In this document: in pieces, positions 19,551 to 28,655 of the stretch
How positions within the stretch are numbered: position 1 is the stretch's first letter
Layout: each line of letters starts with the position of its first letter
Source of the DNA: Candidatus Altimarinota bacterium
Lineage (GTDB): Bacteria; Patescibacteriota; Gracilibacteria; 1-14-2-50-48-13
DNA: 64,000 bases
Assembly (NCBI GenBank): GCA_046314355.1
Contig: JBKBWQ010000001.1
Coordinates: forward strand, 352,001-416,000
Reading direction: 5' to 3'
Made by a program: the position numbers and the translations under genes
The notes under the pieces: generated by a model
The model's database searches: none
What the model was told of the DNA's origin: nothing
Seen by the model: only the letters and a program-made list of their open reading frames with translations

Positions 19551-20684
19551 TTATTTAAGCAGAACATCAACAGTACCTGAAACACCGTTTGTTACACTGC
19601 CTGCTTCCTGAAGAGTCGCATCTACAGCTCCGTTCACCGTACCAGAGACAGGAGCCGTCGCGGAAGGAACGTTTACATTTACTCCGCCAGTAGTATTGAG
19701 AGTGTTTGTAGCACCATTCACTGTACCTTTTACATCAACATTTACTCCTGTAGATGGAGAAGTCGGTTTCGCTGGCACAGCAGGTTTAGTGGCTGGTTTA
19801 ACAGCAGGGATCTTTACAGAACCTTTTACATCAAGTGTATTTTCAACTTTTTCTGGAGCAGCTTTCTTTAATACTCCATCTGTAAGATTTGTATTCAAAA
19901 GAAGTTTTGCAGCGGCATCTGCTCCAATACTAGAAGTTACCTTAGCTTTCGCTTCTACTAAGGATTTCTCAAGTGCCTTTAAAGCAAAATGAACATCTCC
20001 GCCTGCTGCAAGAAGAGCATTTGCATTTATGTGAGTACCTTTCTGTGTATTTATAAGATTCTCAGTGATAGAGATACGTGCATGTAATTTGTCTAATGCA
20101 GCTTTTGCATCTAACGAAAGAGCTGCATTTTCTTGTAGAAGGGAAGCTTCTGCATCAAGATCTAAAAGATTTTTTTCTAGAGAGGCTATATTCGTAGCTA
20201 GAGGTGTCTGAACATCTGCAGCAAGAGTAATCACGGTACCAAGATCTTTGCCTGCCTGAGTCATGACATCACTTTGTACCTTTGCTGCGGTATCTAGGAT
20301 TCCATCCAGCACTTTGCTTTCATTTAAGAAATCTTCATAGTTCGGCACATTTTTAAGTAGTTCCAGCTGCTCTAGAGCAAGACGTGGATAGATCTTTGAT
20401 TCATTGAATACCTGCAGTGTCTCAGGTGTAAGTTTTTTATCACCCTGATTCTTACTGACTGCAGTTTGAAGTGCTGTGGAACTATCCTGTAAGTCCTTCA
20501 CTCTTGTTTCAAAGTTTTTCTGCATTCCATTACGAAGTAGCGTACAATCTGTACTTGCTACAGTATTACTGCTTTTACTTATATCAGAAGTAAGTGAGCT
20601 CTCAGCACATCCACTGAGCAGTACCAATGAGAGCACAAGTGCACCAGAGGCAATACCTGTCCGTTTTAGTTTTTGTCTGATCAT
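19551..20684 (-). CDS. Putative lipoprotein, helical body with Pro/Thr/Val-rich tail
   Basis: Signal peptide with lipobox LSGC. Confidence 0.7.
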   Translation of the reverse strand: MIRQKLKRTGIASGALVLSLVLLSGCAESSLTSDISKSSNTVASTDCTLLRNGMQKNFETRVKDLQDSSTALQTAVSKNQGDKKLTPETLQVFNESKIYPRLALEQLELLKNVPNYEDFLNESKVLDGILDTAAKVQSDVMTQAGKDLGTVITLAADVQTPLATNIASLEKNLLDLDAEASLLQENAALSLDAKAALDKLHARISITENLINTQKGTHINANALLAAGGDVHFALKALEKSLVEAKAKVTSSIGADAAAKLLLNTNLTDGVLKKAAPEKVENTLDVKGSVKIPAVKPATKPAVPAKPTSPSTGVNVDVKGTVNGATNTLNTTGGVNVNVPSATAPVSGTVNGAVDATLQEAGSVTNGVSGTVDVLLK

Positions 20685-20751
20685 AATAAAATAGATTGAG
20701 GGTAAAATATCTATTTATTATTATACCATATTTAAAATATTTAGGAAATTT

Positions 20752-21393
20752 CTACAATTGCTCAGGATAGAGAACTCTTCTAAAGGTAAGATTAATGCGG
20801 GGAGAATGTATTTTCTTTGATTTAGGTAAAGAATGCAGCCAGTACTTTTGCGTCTCCCCCTTCATCAAGAGTAAACTGCCATGTTCTAGAATAAGAGATA
20901 GAGTTTCTTTAGTATCTTTATTCTTAAAAGAAAATTTTCTTTCAGCTCCTAAACTCAGAGAGGCAATAATAATATCTTTGCCAAACTCCTTTTCATTATC
21001 ACTATGCCAGCCTAGTCCTTCAGATCCATCACTATAGAGATTCAAGAGACATGAGTTAAATGCAGTACCAGTAATCTTTTCTATAAGTACCTTTAATTCG
21101 AGCAGCTCCTTTGTCCAAATATGTCCTTGTCTTGTAATATGCGAATAGGTATACGTATATGCTTTGTCAGCATACCATGCGACTTTTCTTCCGGTAATTA
21201 TATGTTTTCCATACATCACTACTTCGTCATTTTTCCAGGGAATAGTACTGAGAAAGTTCTCTAAATAAAAATCTGCTTCTACTGAGTCTAATGCTTTTCC
21301 AAAATAAAAAGCTTCACCATCTATCGGGAGAATATTAATGCACTCCTCATCCCTTGATGAAAACAAATCTGTCTGAGAGTAATTGAGCATCAT
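20752..21393 (-). CDS. alkB: AlkB-family 2OG-Fe(II) dioxygenase
   Basis: FNSCLLNLY, GWHSDNE, IASLSLGAERKF, HSLPK, RINLTFR. Confidence 0.9.
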   Translation of the reverse strand: MMLNYSQTDLFSSRDEECINILPIDGEAFYFGKALDSVEADFYLENFLSTIPWKNDEVVMYGKHIITGRKVAWYADKAYTYTYSHITRQGHIWTKELLELKVLIEKITGTAFNSCLLNLYSDGSEGLGWHSDNEKEFGKDIIIASLSLGAERKFSFKNKDTKETLSLILEHGSLLLMKGETQKYWLHSLPKSKKIHSPRINLTFRRVLYPEQL

Positions 21394-21411
21394 TCATTAT
21401 AGTGTGACAAT

Positions 21412-21699
21412 CTAGACTGCATCGAAATATTCCACTTCAATATGAGATAAAAGAGATCTTATCTTTGGGAAATACTCTCTGCCATACTCAGCATCTTGAT
21501 GTTTCTGCCATGAAGCCTGATCTTCGTAGAGCTCTGATACAACATATGCTCCTTTCTTAGTGCGTGATTTAAAAAGGTCATAATAGATATTTCCGATATG
21601 ATCTTCTTTTACTAATCCTTGAAGTTCTGAAAAAAGTCTTTCAAATTCGTTTTCCTGACCTTCTAGTACCTGAATATTTTTTATACCGCCAACTCTCAT
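21412..21699 (-). CDS. Antibiotic biosynthesis monooxygenase (ABM) domain protein
   Basis: EGQENEFE...GNIYYDL...ELYEDQ...H pattern; 95 aa. Confidence 0.75.
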   Translation of the reverse strand: MRVGGIKNIQVLEGQENEFERLFSELQGLVKEDHIGNIYYDLFKSRTKKGAYVVSELYEDQASWQKHQDAEYGREYFPKIRSLLSHIEVEYFDAV

Positions 21700-21763
21700 A
21701 TCGTAAAAAAGTGGATAAAGTCTTCAAGACTACTTTATCCACGATCCGTATCAAATACCAGAA

Positions 21764-22150
21764 CTATTCTGTAGTTTTTCCATCAAAATGCTCTTCCTTC
21801 TCATCAGCTTTCGTCTTATGTACTGTCCTGTCTTTATGCTCCGCGGGAGAGTAAAGAGAATACAAACGAAGTGGAATAGTACCAGTGTTCACAACATTAT
21901 GTTTTGCTCCCTGAGGAATAATCACTGCAAATTCTTTTTTTACCTCATATTCATTCTCATCTATGTACACCTTGCCTTCACCTTCCTCGATACGAAGGAA
22001 CTGATCTACACCATGGATCTCTTCTCCCACCTCATCTCCGGGCTGGATACACATAAGTACCAGCTGACTACTTTTTGCGGTATAGAGTACACGGCGGTAA
22101 TCATTATTATCTAGAGTTTCCTGTTCAATGTTTAAGACATATCCTCTCAT
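21764..22150 (-). CDS. Cupin domain protein
   Basis: GEEIH..DQFLRIEEGEG...IPQGAKHNVVNTG. Confidence 0.88.
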   Translation of the reverse strand: MRGYVLNIEQETLDNNDYRRVLYTAKSSQLVLMCIQPGDEVGEEIHGVDQFLRIEEGEGKVYIDENEYEVKKEFAVIIPQGAKHNVVNTGTIPLRLYSLYSPAEHKDRTVHKTKADEKEEHFDGKTTE

Positions 22151-22227
22151 AGCATTATGGTTAGAATGTTAATATATCATTGTAGGCTTGAAGAAAATAT
22201 TTAGCAAGCAAGAGATAAGATAAATTG

Positions 22228-22572
22228 CTACAAACTCTTTCCGTCTACCTGTGTGACAGGAAGTGCAGGGATATCTATATCCTGAACCGTACGGACATTT
22301 ACAGCAAAAGATTTTGTCCCGTCTTCATTATTCACTGATGCAAAACACTGAACGCCGCATACAGGACAAAACTCATGCATGATCTTATCCTTATTAAAAA
22401 GATATTTTGTGAGCGGTTTTTCTGGTGCATTTATAGAGATTTGATCCTGTGAAACAAAAGCAAGAAGGAAACCTTTTCTACTGCATATAGAACAGTTGCA
22501 TTCCATAACTTCAGTAATAGGAGCATCAACAGTGAACTCTATATTTTTACAGTGACATGATCCGTGGAACAT
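22228..22572 (-). CDS. GFA/CENP-V family Zn protein
   Basis: GSCHC, CNCSIC, FCPVCG, AVNVR. Confidence 0.9.
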   Translation of the reverse strand: MFHGSCHCKNIEFTVDAPITEVMECNCSICSRKGFLLAFVSQDQISINAPEKPLTKYLFNKDKIMHEFCPVCGVQCFASVNNEDGTKSFAVNVRTVQDIDIPALPVTQVDGKSL

Positions 22573-22733
22573 ACTGAGAGAGTTAAGGGTAAGAATAGGG
22601 AATACGTGAACATCCCTTTGCCTCTAGGATACAGAGTAAGAAGCGCAATATCAACAAAAACTTTGTAAGCATACTAAATAGTATTTGATGAGATTCTATC
22701 TAGGAATATAATAAAAATATAACCACCTCTCTT

Positions 22734-23180
22734 ATGGAAAAACCTCAATATATCATTTCAGATTTAGATGGGACTATTGCTCTCATAGGGCATCGTCAGT
22801 ATTTAGTGAAAGGTAAAAACAGAAATTTTGATAAATTTAATGACCTCTGTGATAAAGACACACCAAATCTAGCTGTCATAGAAGTATTGAAAACTCTAAG
22901 ATCCGCAGGATATAAACTCATCATTACCAGCGGACGGGATGACCGGGCAAAAGAAAAAACTGTGAATTGGCTGAAGCAGCATGGTATCGAATATGAAATG
23001 CTGCTGATGCGCAGAAGCGGAGACTATACTCCTGACCAGGAACTGAAAGAGCAGTGGCTCCTTGAAAAACTTCCGCCAAAAGAAAATATCCTCTGTGTGT
23101 TTGATGATAGAAACAGGGTAGTAGATATGTGGAGAAGTCATGGGCTGAGCTGCTTTCAGGTGGCGGAGGGGAATTTTTAA
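22734..23180 (+). CDS. HAD phosphatase, similar to the polynucleotide kinase 3'-phosphatase domain
   Basis: DLDGT, TSGR, MR..GD..PD..LK, FDDRNRVVDMWR, CFQVAEGNF. Confidence 0.85.
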   Translation: MEKPQYIISDLDGTIALIGHRQYLVKGKNRNFDKFNDLCDKDTPNLAVIEVLKTLRSAGYKLIITSGRDDRAKEKTVNWLKQHGIEYEMLLMRRSGDYTPDQELKEQWLLEKLPPKENILCVFDDRNRVVDMWRSHGLSCFQVAEGNF

Positions 23181-23572
23181 TTGTTATCCCCTGATAGGTA
23201 TTGAGTGAGAAGTTCAATATCAACAAAATCCTTTTCACGGCCGAGATCTTTTTTCAATCTGAAAAGATATTCCGGACGAACAACAGGAATACCTTCAAAT
23301 ATCTCAGCGGTATCAATCATCTCATCTATCTCTCCCGTCAAACTTTTCCAATCACGGAAGATATCTATATTCTCAAACTGCAGAGAGGGAGGTGAATCAT
23401 GAAAATTTTCAGGGTATTTTTTAATTAAATCATCCCAAAGCTCTTTTTTCACTGCAATATCCAAATCCTTTGCATCACGAAGACCTCTGACAGCAAGTAC
23501 TGTACTTCCGAATAAAGCATATTGTCCAAAAGGAAGATGAAGACTTTCTAATCCTTTTCTGAAAGGTATCAT
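23177..23572 (-). CDS. Nucleotidyltransferase-like protein
   Basis: FGS...GLR..KDLDI motif; C-terminal GREKD..DI. Confidence 0.65.
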   Translation of the reverse strand: MIPFRKGLESLHLPFGQYALFGSTVLAVRGLRDAKDLDIAVKKELWDDLIKKYPENFHDSPPSLQFENIDIFRDWKSLTGEIDEMIDTAEIFEGIPVVRPEYLFRLKKDLGREKDFVDIELLTQYLSGDNN

Positions 23573-24597
23573 AGGAATCTTGTTAAGAGTTCGGTAATTA
23601 TTTTCTGCTTTTCGATATTACAGCTATTACACCATATATCAGGCATGTCTGTTTTTTCTTTATTATAGTCTTCAAAACTCAACCATCTCATCTCAGCGAT
23701 TTCTTTATCTATGAAATCAAGTAACTCATCTTTGTAAATATAAAGATATCCTTCAAAGAAATGTCTATGAGCCTCATTTTTTCCTTTTTCAATCAGATGA
23801 AAATTATTTTCATCTCCGTTTATACCGGTCTCTTCGGCTAACTCTCTTTGAGCACCTTGCAGAAATGTCTCGCCCGCCTGAACATGTCCGCCGAAGAAAG
23901 TCTGCCATTTACCGAGATTACCTTTTACATTATCTGAGCGCTTTGAGCAAAGCAGTTCACCTTTTGAATTTATTATCCATATATTCGCCACTCCGTGAAA
24001 GTATTTTCGCGGTTCGGCGTAAATCAGTGAACGGGGAAGAGGTTCCGAGGGTTTTCCATCTTTAGTGTACGTTTGTAAGGTTTCATTTTCGGAATTGTGA
24101 GAGAAAGAGGAATCTTTCTTTTTTCTATTTATTATAAACAATACCAACGCCCAAATAATAATCCCTACTTCAAATAATGCAGTCCAGTGTAGAAGGAAGT
24201 TATAGATCCAAAAGCCATATGCATTTGGAACTGTGAATAAGTATAAACTTGTACTGGAAAAAGGTTGTAGCCATTCTATTCTTCCAACCACTGTATCTAG
24301 AAAGAGATGAAGAAAAATATTACTGAAGACAATGATCGCATAAATAAAGTATTCTTTCTTCTTAAGAAAAGAAATACATATAAACGCTGTAAACGCAATT
24401 ATCAGCCAAAAGAATGGAATATGCGTCCAATAGCTATGATGAAGATGAGCTCTATTATCCAGTAGATAAAAATATAGCATATCTAAATCAGGCAGCAAAC
24501 TAGCTATTAACCCTACAGTTAGAAATCTTTGAGTCCTAAGTTTAGACTGTAGAGTTTTTGTAAGTATATATCCCGCTGGAAGATGGGCTATGAACAT
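23569..24597 (-). CDS. YdjM-like membrane metal-dependent hydrolase fused to an IDI-like NUDIX domain
   Basis: AHLPAGY, LPDLD, HH.YWTH, HLFLD; then GGHVQAGE...AQRELAEETGI. Confidence 0.8.
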   Translation of the reverse strand: MFIAHLPAGYILTKTLQSKLRTQRFLTVGLIASLLPDLDMLYFYLLDNRAHLHHSYWTHIPFFWLIIAFTAFICISFLKKKEYFIYAIIVFSNIFLHLFLDTVVGRIEWLQPFSSTSLYLFTVPNAYGFWIYNFLLHWTALFEVGIIIWALVLFIINRKKKDSSFSHNSENETLQTYTKDGKPSEPLPRSLIYAEPRKYFHGVANIWIINSKGELLCSKRSDNVKGNLGKWQTFFGGHVQAGETFLQGAQRELAEETGINGDENNFHLIEKGKNEAHRHFFEGYLYIYKDELLDFIDKEIAEMRWLSFEDYNKEKTDMPDIWCNSCNIEKQKIITELLTRFL

Positions 24598-24606
24598 ATG
24601 ATTTTA

Positions 24607-25017
24607 TTATAATCCTTTAGGCTTCCATCCTGCATTCTTCGCATTTACTATCGGGAGAAACATCGGAGAGGGAAGATTGTTCCACTCAAACCAGTCCCAC
24701 TCAGTACATTCATCAGGTTCAATGATTGCTGCATCACCGTTTTCAATTTCTGTTTCTACAAAAATAGTCACATAATGTTTCTGTTCTTTTTCGAAAATAT
24801 CATTTGATACAAAAGAAAACTCTACACTCTCAATACTTATACCCGTCTCCTCCTCAGTCTCACGGATAGCACACACAGACCAAGCTTCGCCATACTCCAA
24901 TGCTCCTCCAGGAAATCCCCAGGATCCTTCACCGTGGGATCCTTTTCTTTTTCCCAGTAATACTTTACCTTCTTTCTTGATACATACTCCTACACCGACA
25001 TGGGGGATATTGTTCAT
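24607..25017 (-). CDS. NUDIX hydrolase (MutT/NUDT15-like)
   Basis: LLGKRKGSHGEGSWGFPGGALEYGE..CAIRETEEETG; start revised to MNNIPH. Confidence 0.9.
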   Translation of the reverse strand: MNNIPHVGVGVCIKKEGKVLLGKRKGSHGEGSWGFPGGALEYGEAWSVCAIRETEEETGISIESVEFSFVSNDIFEKEQKHYVTIFVETEIENGDAAIIEPDECTEWDWFEWNNLPSPMFLPIVNAKNAGWKPKGL

Positions 25018-25150
25018 GACACGTACAAGGTGATTTTTAATAGACCTAATATACTCTAAACTAAACAAAACTCAAATTCAGAAAAAAGTCCGAATACTCA
25101 GATAACAAAAAGACCCGCTTGAAGTGAGTCTTTTCGTTCTGGCTAAATTT

Positions 25151-25252
25151 TTATCTAAAGAAGATCAGATAAATGATAACTGCCATAAATAGTCCGCCGC
25201 CGAAGAACCATGAGATGCATGAAGCTGTTGCAAAGTCTTTTAATCCTGCCAT
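25151..25252 (-). CDS. 33-aa membrane microprotein (not in ORF track)
   Basis: MAGLKDFATASCISWFFGGGLFMAVIIYLIFFR*, followed by terminator-like hairpin at ~25107-25135. Confidence 0.55.
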   Translation of the reverse strand: MAGLKDFATASCISWFFGGGLFMAVIIYLIFFR

Positions 25253-25337
25253 AGGGAAGAGATTATTATGTAGAATCTAGAAGTATAGCATTAAATTCTA
25301 CAATTGAAAAACTGACTGTAAAAATTTACAGCAAAGT

Positions 25338-25757
25338 CTACGCTTCACCCTCAGCACATTTCTTAAAATTATCTAAGATTGACTGCCATCCACGTTTTTG
25401 TAATTCAAGTGAATTCTCACCTTCGGCTTCGAATTCGACAGTTACTTTTGTATTATTCCCTAGATCCATAAAATGAACTTCTACAGCTCGATCACCGATA
25501 GTATATGCAATAAGCTTATGAAAATTCACTTCAGTATATGTCCCCTTAAAATCAAATCCATGAGTACCGTCCTTTGATTCCATTCTATTATTGAATTTTC
25601 CCCCTGTACGCACATCATTCTCTGAAGAAGGGCAATACCAGTCTTCGGATGCAAAATTCCACTGCATAATATACTCAGGTTTTGTATAAACATCCCATGT
25701 TGTTTCGATAGGTGCTTCTACCATAGTTTCAATAGTGATGACGGGGTTGTTTGCCAT
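25338..25757 (-). CDS. SRPBCC domain protein
   Basis: WNFASEDWYCP, GFDFKGTY, ELQKRGWQSILDNFK; start revised to MANNP. Confidence 0.88.
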   Translation of the reverse strand: MANNPVITIETMVEAPIETTWDVYTKPEYIMQWNFASEDWYCPSSENDVRTGGKFNNRMESKDGTHGFDFKGTYTEVNFHKLIAYTIGDRAVEVHFMDLGNNTKVTVEFEAEGENSLELQKRGWQSILDNFKKCAEGEA

Positions 25758-26159
25758 GATATTTGTAATAATTTGTAGAATATGTGTACTTAAGCTCAGT
25801 TCCAATCGCTATAACTGAGAAGCCTCGACCTTACGAGATTAACGCAAATCTTTCTCCAAAGAGACTAAAGTATAGTTAGAGTATATCAAAATAAAGAAAA
25901 TAAACAAACTAAGTGTGAGAAAGGTCACTTAAGATCACCATCGCTTGAAGGCGTTTTTCCCAAGGTGCAAAAAGATGATCATGATAAAAATCATAAGAGA
26001 GCTGCTATATGCTTTATGAAGAAGCTTTTTAGAAGAAGACACAAAGGCATATGGTTCTTCATCAAGAACGGGTTTCATTGATTAAAGGAGAATAGAGAGA
26101 TTATTTTAAAGGAAGTTCATTAGAATATATTATTTTTGTCTTTTCACCAATACTTTAGA

Positions 26160-26711
26160 CTATCTTTCATCTAATAAAATTTGATAGAACAGCTGAGCAT
26201 TATTTTCTGACATTTGGAATATAATCTCATTTTCAAATTGTCCTTCAAATATTTGAATTTGCTTTAACCAGTCTTCTTCTGACATCTTTAAAAGCTGAGT
26301 ATGTCCTGAGTACCGTATAAAACCTTTGTTTTTTTCATTGAGAGAAATTAACTTTTCTCTTGCTTCCAGTTCTTTAAAATCCCCTTTAAGCCTGATAAGC
26401 TGAAAAGCTACTTGTTGTTCTTTGGCCATCATTTCAAGTTCCTTTATTATTGCTTCATTTTGTAGAGTTCCGACGATACAAACAGAGAGATCTGCTTCAA
26501 TAAAATTCTTTGTCAGTCCTAGAAGATTTTTGTACATACAGGTTCCTCGACCTTTATTTGTTTGTACTGTAAAGTGAAATGATAGATCGTTTGTATCAAT
26601 GAATGCATACTCAATATTTTCTTGAATAAATCTTTCTCTCACAAGTTGCATGAGTGAAGATTTTCCAGAAGAAGATGGTCCTCTTAATATAGTTATTTTT
26701 TTCATTGACAT
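26160..26711 (-). CDS. P-loop kinase-like protein
   Basis: ILRGPSSSGKSS Walker A at the N-terminus. Confidence 0.7.
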   Translation of the reverse strand: MSMKKITILRGPSSSGKSSLMQLVRERFIQENIEYAFIDTNDLSFHFTVQTNKGRGTCMYKNLLGLTKNFIEADLSVCIVGTLQNEAIIKELEMMAKEQQVAFQLIRLKGDFKELEAREKLISLNEKNKGFIRYSGHTQLLKMSEEDWLKQIQIFEGQFENEIIFQMSENNAQLFYQILLDER

Positions 26712-26768
26712 TATTTTTTAATAGTGTATTTTTCTATACTATTCTAAACAAAAAAAGGAGAGAAAGAA

Positions 26769-27716
26769 ATGGTTCTTTCAAAATTAGCTCAGAAACAGGT
26801 TGCAGACTTTGGGTATCCTAACCTCATAAAAGGATGTCACAAATCATACTTTACTACGTCACAGATTGAAAGTTGGAAAGAGTGCATGTCTAGTACGACT
26901 ACCTGCATACCTTTCCCAAAAGGTTTATTGATAGAAAACAAAATAATTACTGAATTATTTCAATTCTTTGGAGGAAAGATATCAGAAAACGATGTACATA
27001 ATACTAAAATAACACAAGATATTTTAGTTGCTATGTTGTATGACCGTTCGGGATTAGTCAGTAATGATACACATCTGATTGATACAGCTGTCTATAATTA
27101 CATTGATAAATATGGAATGTTTCTAGGCGACGGAGCATATTTTAAATTTATGCCGCTTGGAATCCTCTTAGCGATAAGTAAAATTATCTATGATGAGACT
27201 ATTGCAGAGAAGATTCTTAAGCAGCTTTTGAAGATAGATGAAAGTATTATAGAAAGGTATAGAGAAGATGTGATGAATATTCTTTGTCTAAAAAATTCAA
27301 CCGAACTACAGCTAATAAAGGAGTTTGTTGATAAAATTATCTATAAACTTGATGCATTTGATCTTTGTCGTTTCTCAGGTAATGGTCCAAAGCGAGAGCT
27401 TACTGGACATAGATACTTGATGGATGCTGGAGAACTCTATAAATTAAAGAGTAACCCAGATGCTATACTTGAGTTTATTAAAACACCATACTCACCTAAA
27501 TATTTTAAAGAGAGTGTGAATTATGCAACTCTGTACTCTTGGCTGAGTGATCAAGAACTCTCTTTAGAAGAACTTGATACATTCCAAGCAACACGACCAT
27601 ACCAGATAGATACACGTCTTCTCTGGCACGATGGAAGACTTATGAGAGAGTACGAAGTAGATAAAAATTTTAAACAAGTTCTTGTGTATGAAAATCTTAA
27701 TATAAGAAATAAATAA
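26769..27716 (+). CDS. Hypothetical protein
   Basis: 315-aa ORF with AGGAG upstream and hairpin at ~27729-27758 downstream. Confidence 0.7.
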   Translation: MVLSKLAQKQVADFGYPNLIKGCHKSYFTTSQIESWKECMSSTTTCIPFPKGLLIENKIITELFQFFGGKISENDVHNTKITQDILVAMLYDRSGLVSNDTHLIDTAVYNYIDKYGMFLGDGAYFKFMPLGILLAISKIIYDETIAEKILKQLLKIDESIIERYREDVMNILCLKNSTELQLIKEFVDKIIYKLDAFDLCRFSGNGPKRELTGHRYLMDAGELYKLKSNPDAILEFIKTPYSPKYFKESVNYATLYSWLSDQELSLEELDTFQATRPYQIDTRLLWHDGRLMREYEVDKNFKQVLVYENLNIRNK

Positions 27717-27853
27717 TCACAAAAACGTAAGAGACTATAGTAACTATAGTCTCTTTTTATTTTGCCCATTATAAAAATACTATCTAATACTAATAAATGC
27801 ACTCATGTCAGAAGGGAAATGATCATCCGTACAAATATAATATTTGGAATATA

Positions 27854-28624
27854 CTATTCATTAGTATAATTTAAGCTATTTAGTATTCTCGCTATTTCCA
27901 TTTTTACAGTTTCATCATCTTTTACAGCTTTCTGATCTCCAGATTGTACTCCATAATTTCCAAACTGAGCATGATTCATACCTTTAATGACTACATCTTT
28001 TGCACTTAAAGGCAAATTTTTTCTGTTTTCAGAAAGTTTTTCCGGAGTCAGGATTCCATCCAGACTACCATGAATAGAAAGTACATTCAGAGGTGTAGTA
28101 GAAATATCACTTGCACAATAAGCTGCAAATAGCCAAAGTTCACTGATAACATCTGTGCGGTTTTTCACATACTCACAGCTCATGGATCCTCCCATAGAAT
28201 GACCACCAACTATCCATTTTTTTATCTCAGGATGATCGGCTATTACTTTGTCTGCCTGATTGATACTGAATAAAGCAAGGTTGAGAGGAGGTTTTGTAAT
28301 AAATACTTTCATATTTTCCGCCTGACCATTTGATAATCCGGAAAGCATATAAAAGTAAGCTTTTGGATCAACTTTTGCTCCAGGATAATAAATAAGACCA
28401 GTCTGCGGGTTGTTTGATACTAAAGAACCTGAACCGTTTGGCATTATCTCCCAGTAATCTGCCTTCTCAGTCACCGCAACACTACTTGCGGCATTATCTA
28501 AAACCATAGCAAGCTTCTCAGGATCAGCCTTGTAAATATCATTCGCCCAAATGAGAAAGACTATAATTAGGATTGCGAAAACGCTAATCAAGCCTATTCC
28601 TATTCGATATAATACTTTTTTCAT
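27854..28624 (-). CDS. Membrane-anchored alpha/beta hydrolase
   Basis: YPGAKV, GGHSMGG nucleophile elbow, GMNHAQFGNYG. Confidence 0.88.
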   Translation of the reverse strand: MKKVLYRIGIGLISVFAILIIVFLIWANDIYKADPEKLAMVLDNAASSVAVTEKADYWEIMPNGSGSLVSNNPQTGLIYYPGAKVDPKAYFYMLSGLSNGQAENMKVFITKPPLNLALFSINQADKVIADHPEIKKWIVGGHSMGGSMSCEYVKNRTDVISELWLFAAYCASDISTTPLNVLSIHGSLDGILTPEKLSENRKNLPLSAKDVVIKGMNHAQFGNYGVQSGDQKAVKDDETVKMEIARILNSLNYTNE

Positions 28625-28655
28625 AAATGTGTTATTGAAGATAAAAGGTGTTCAT

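Noticed and set aside
25935-26078. 47-aa minus-strand ORF MKPVLDEEPY...
   Set aside because: Possible small protein, but no motif, terminator or other support; left uncalled.
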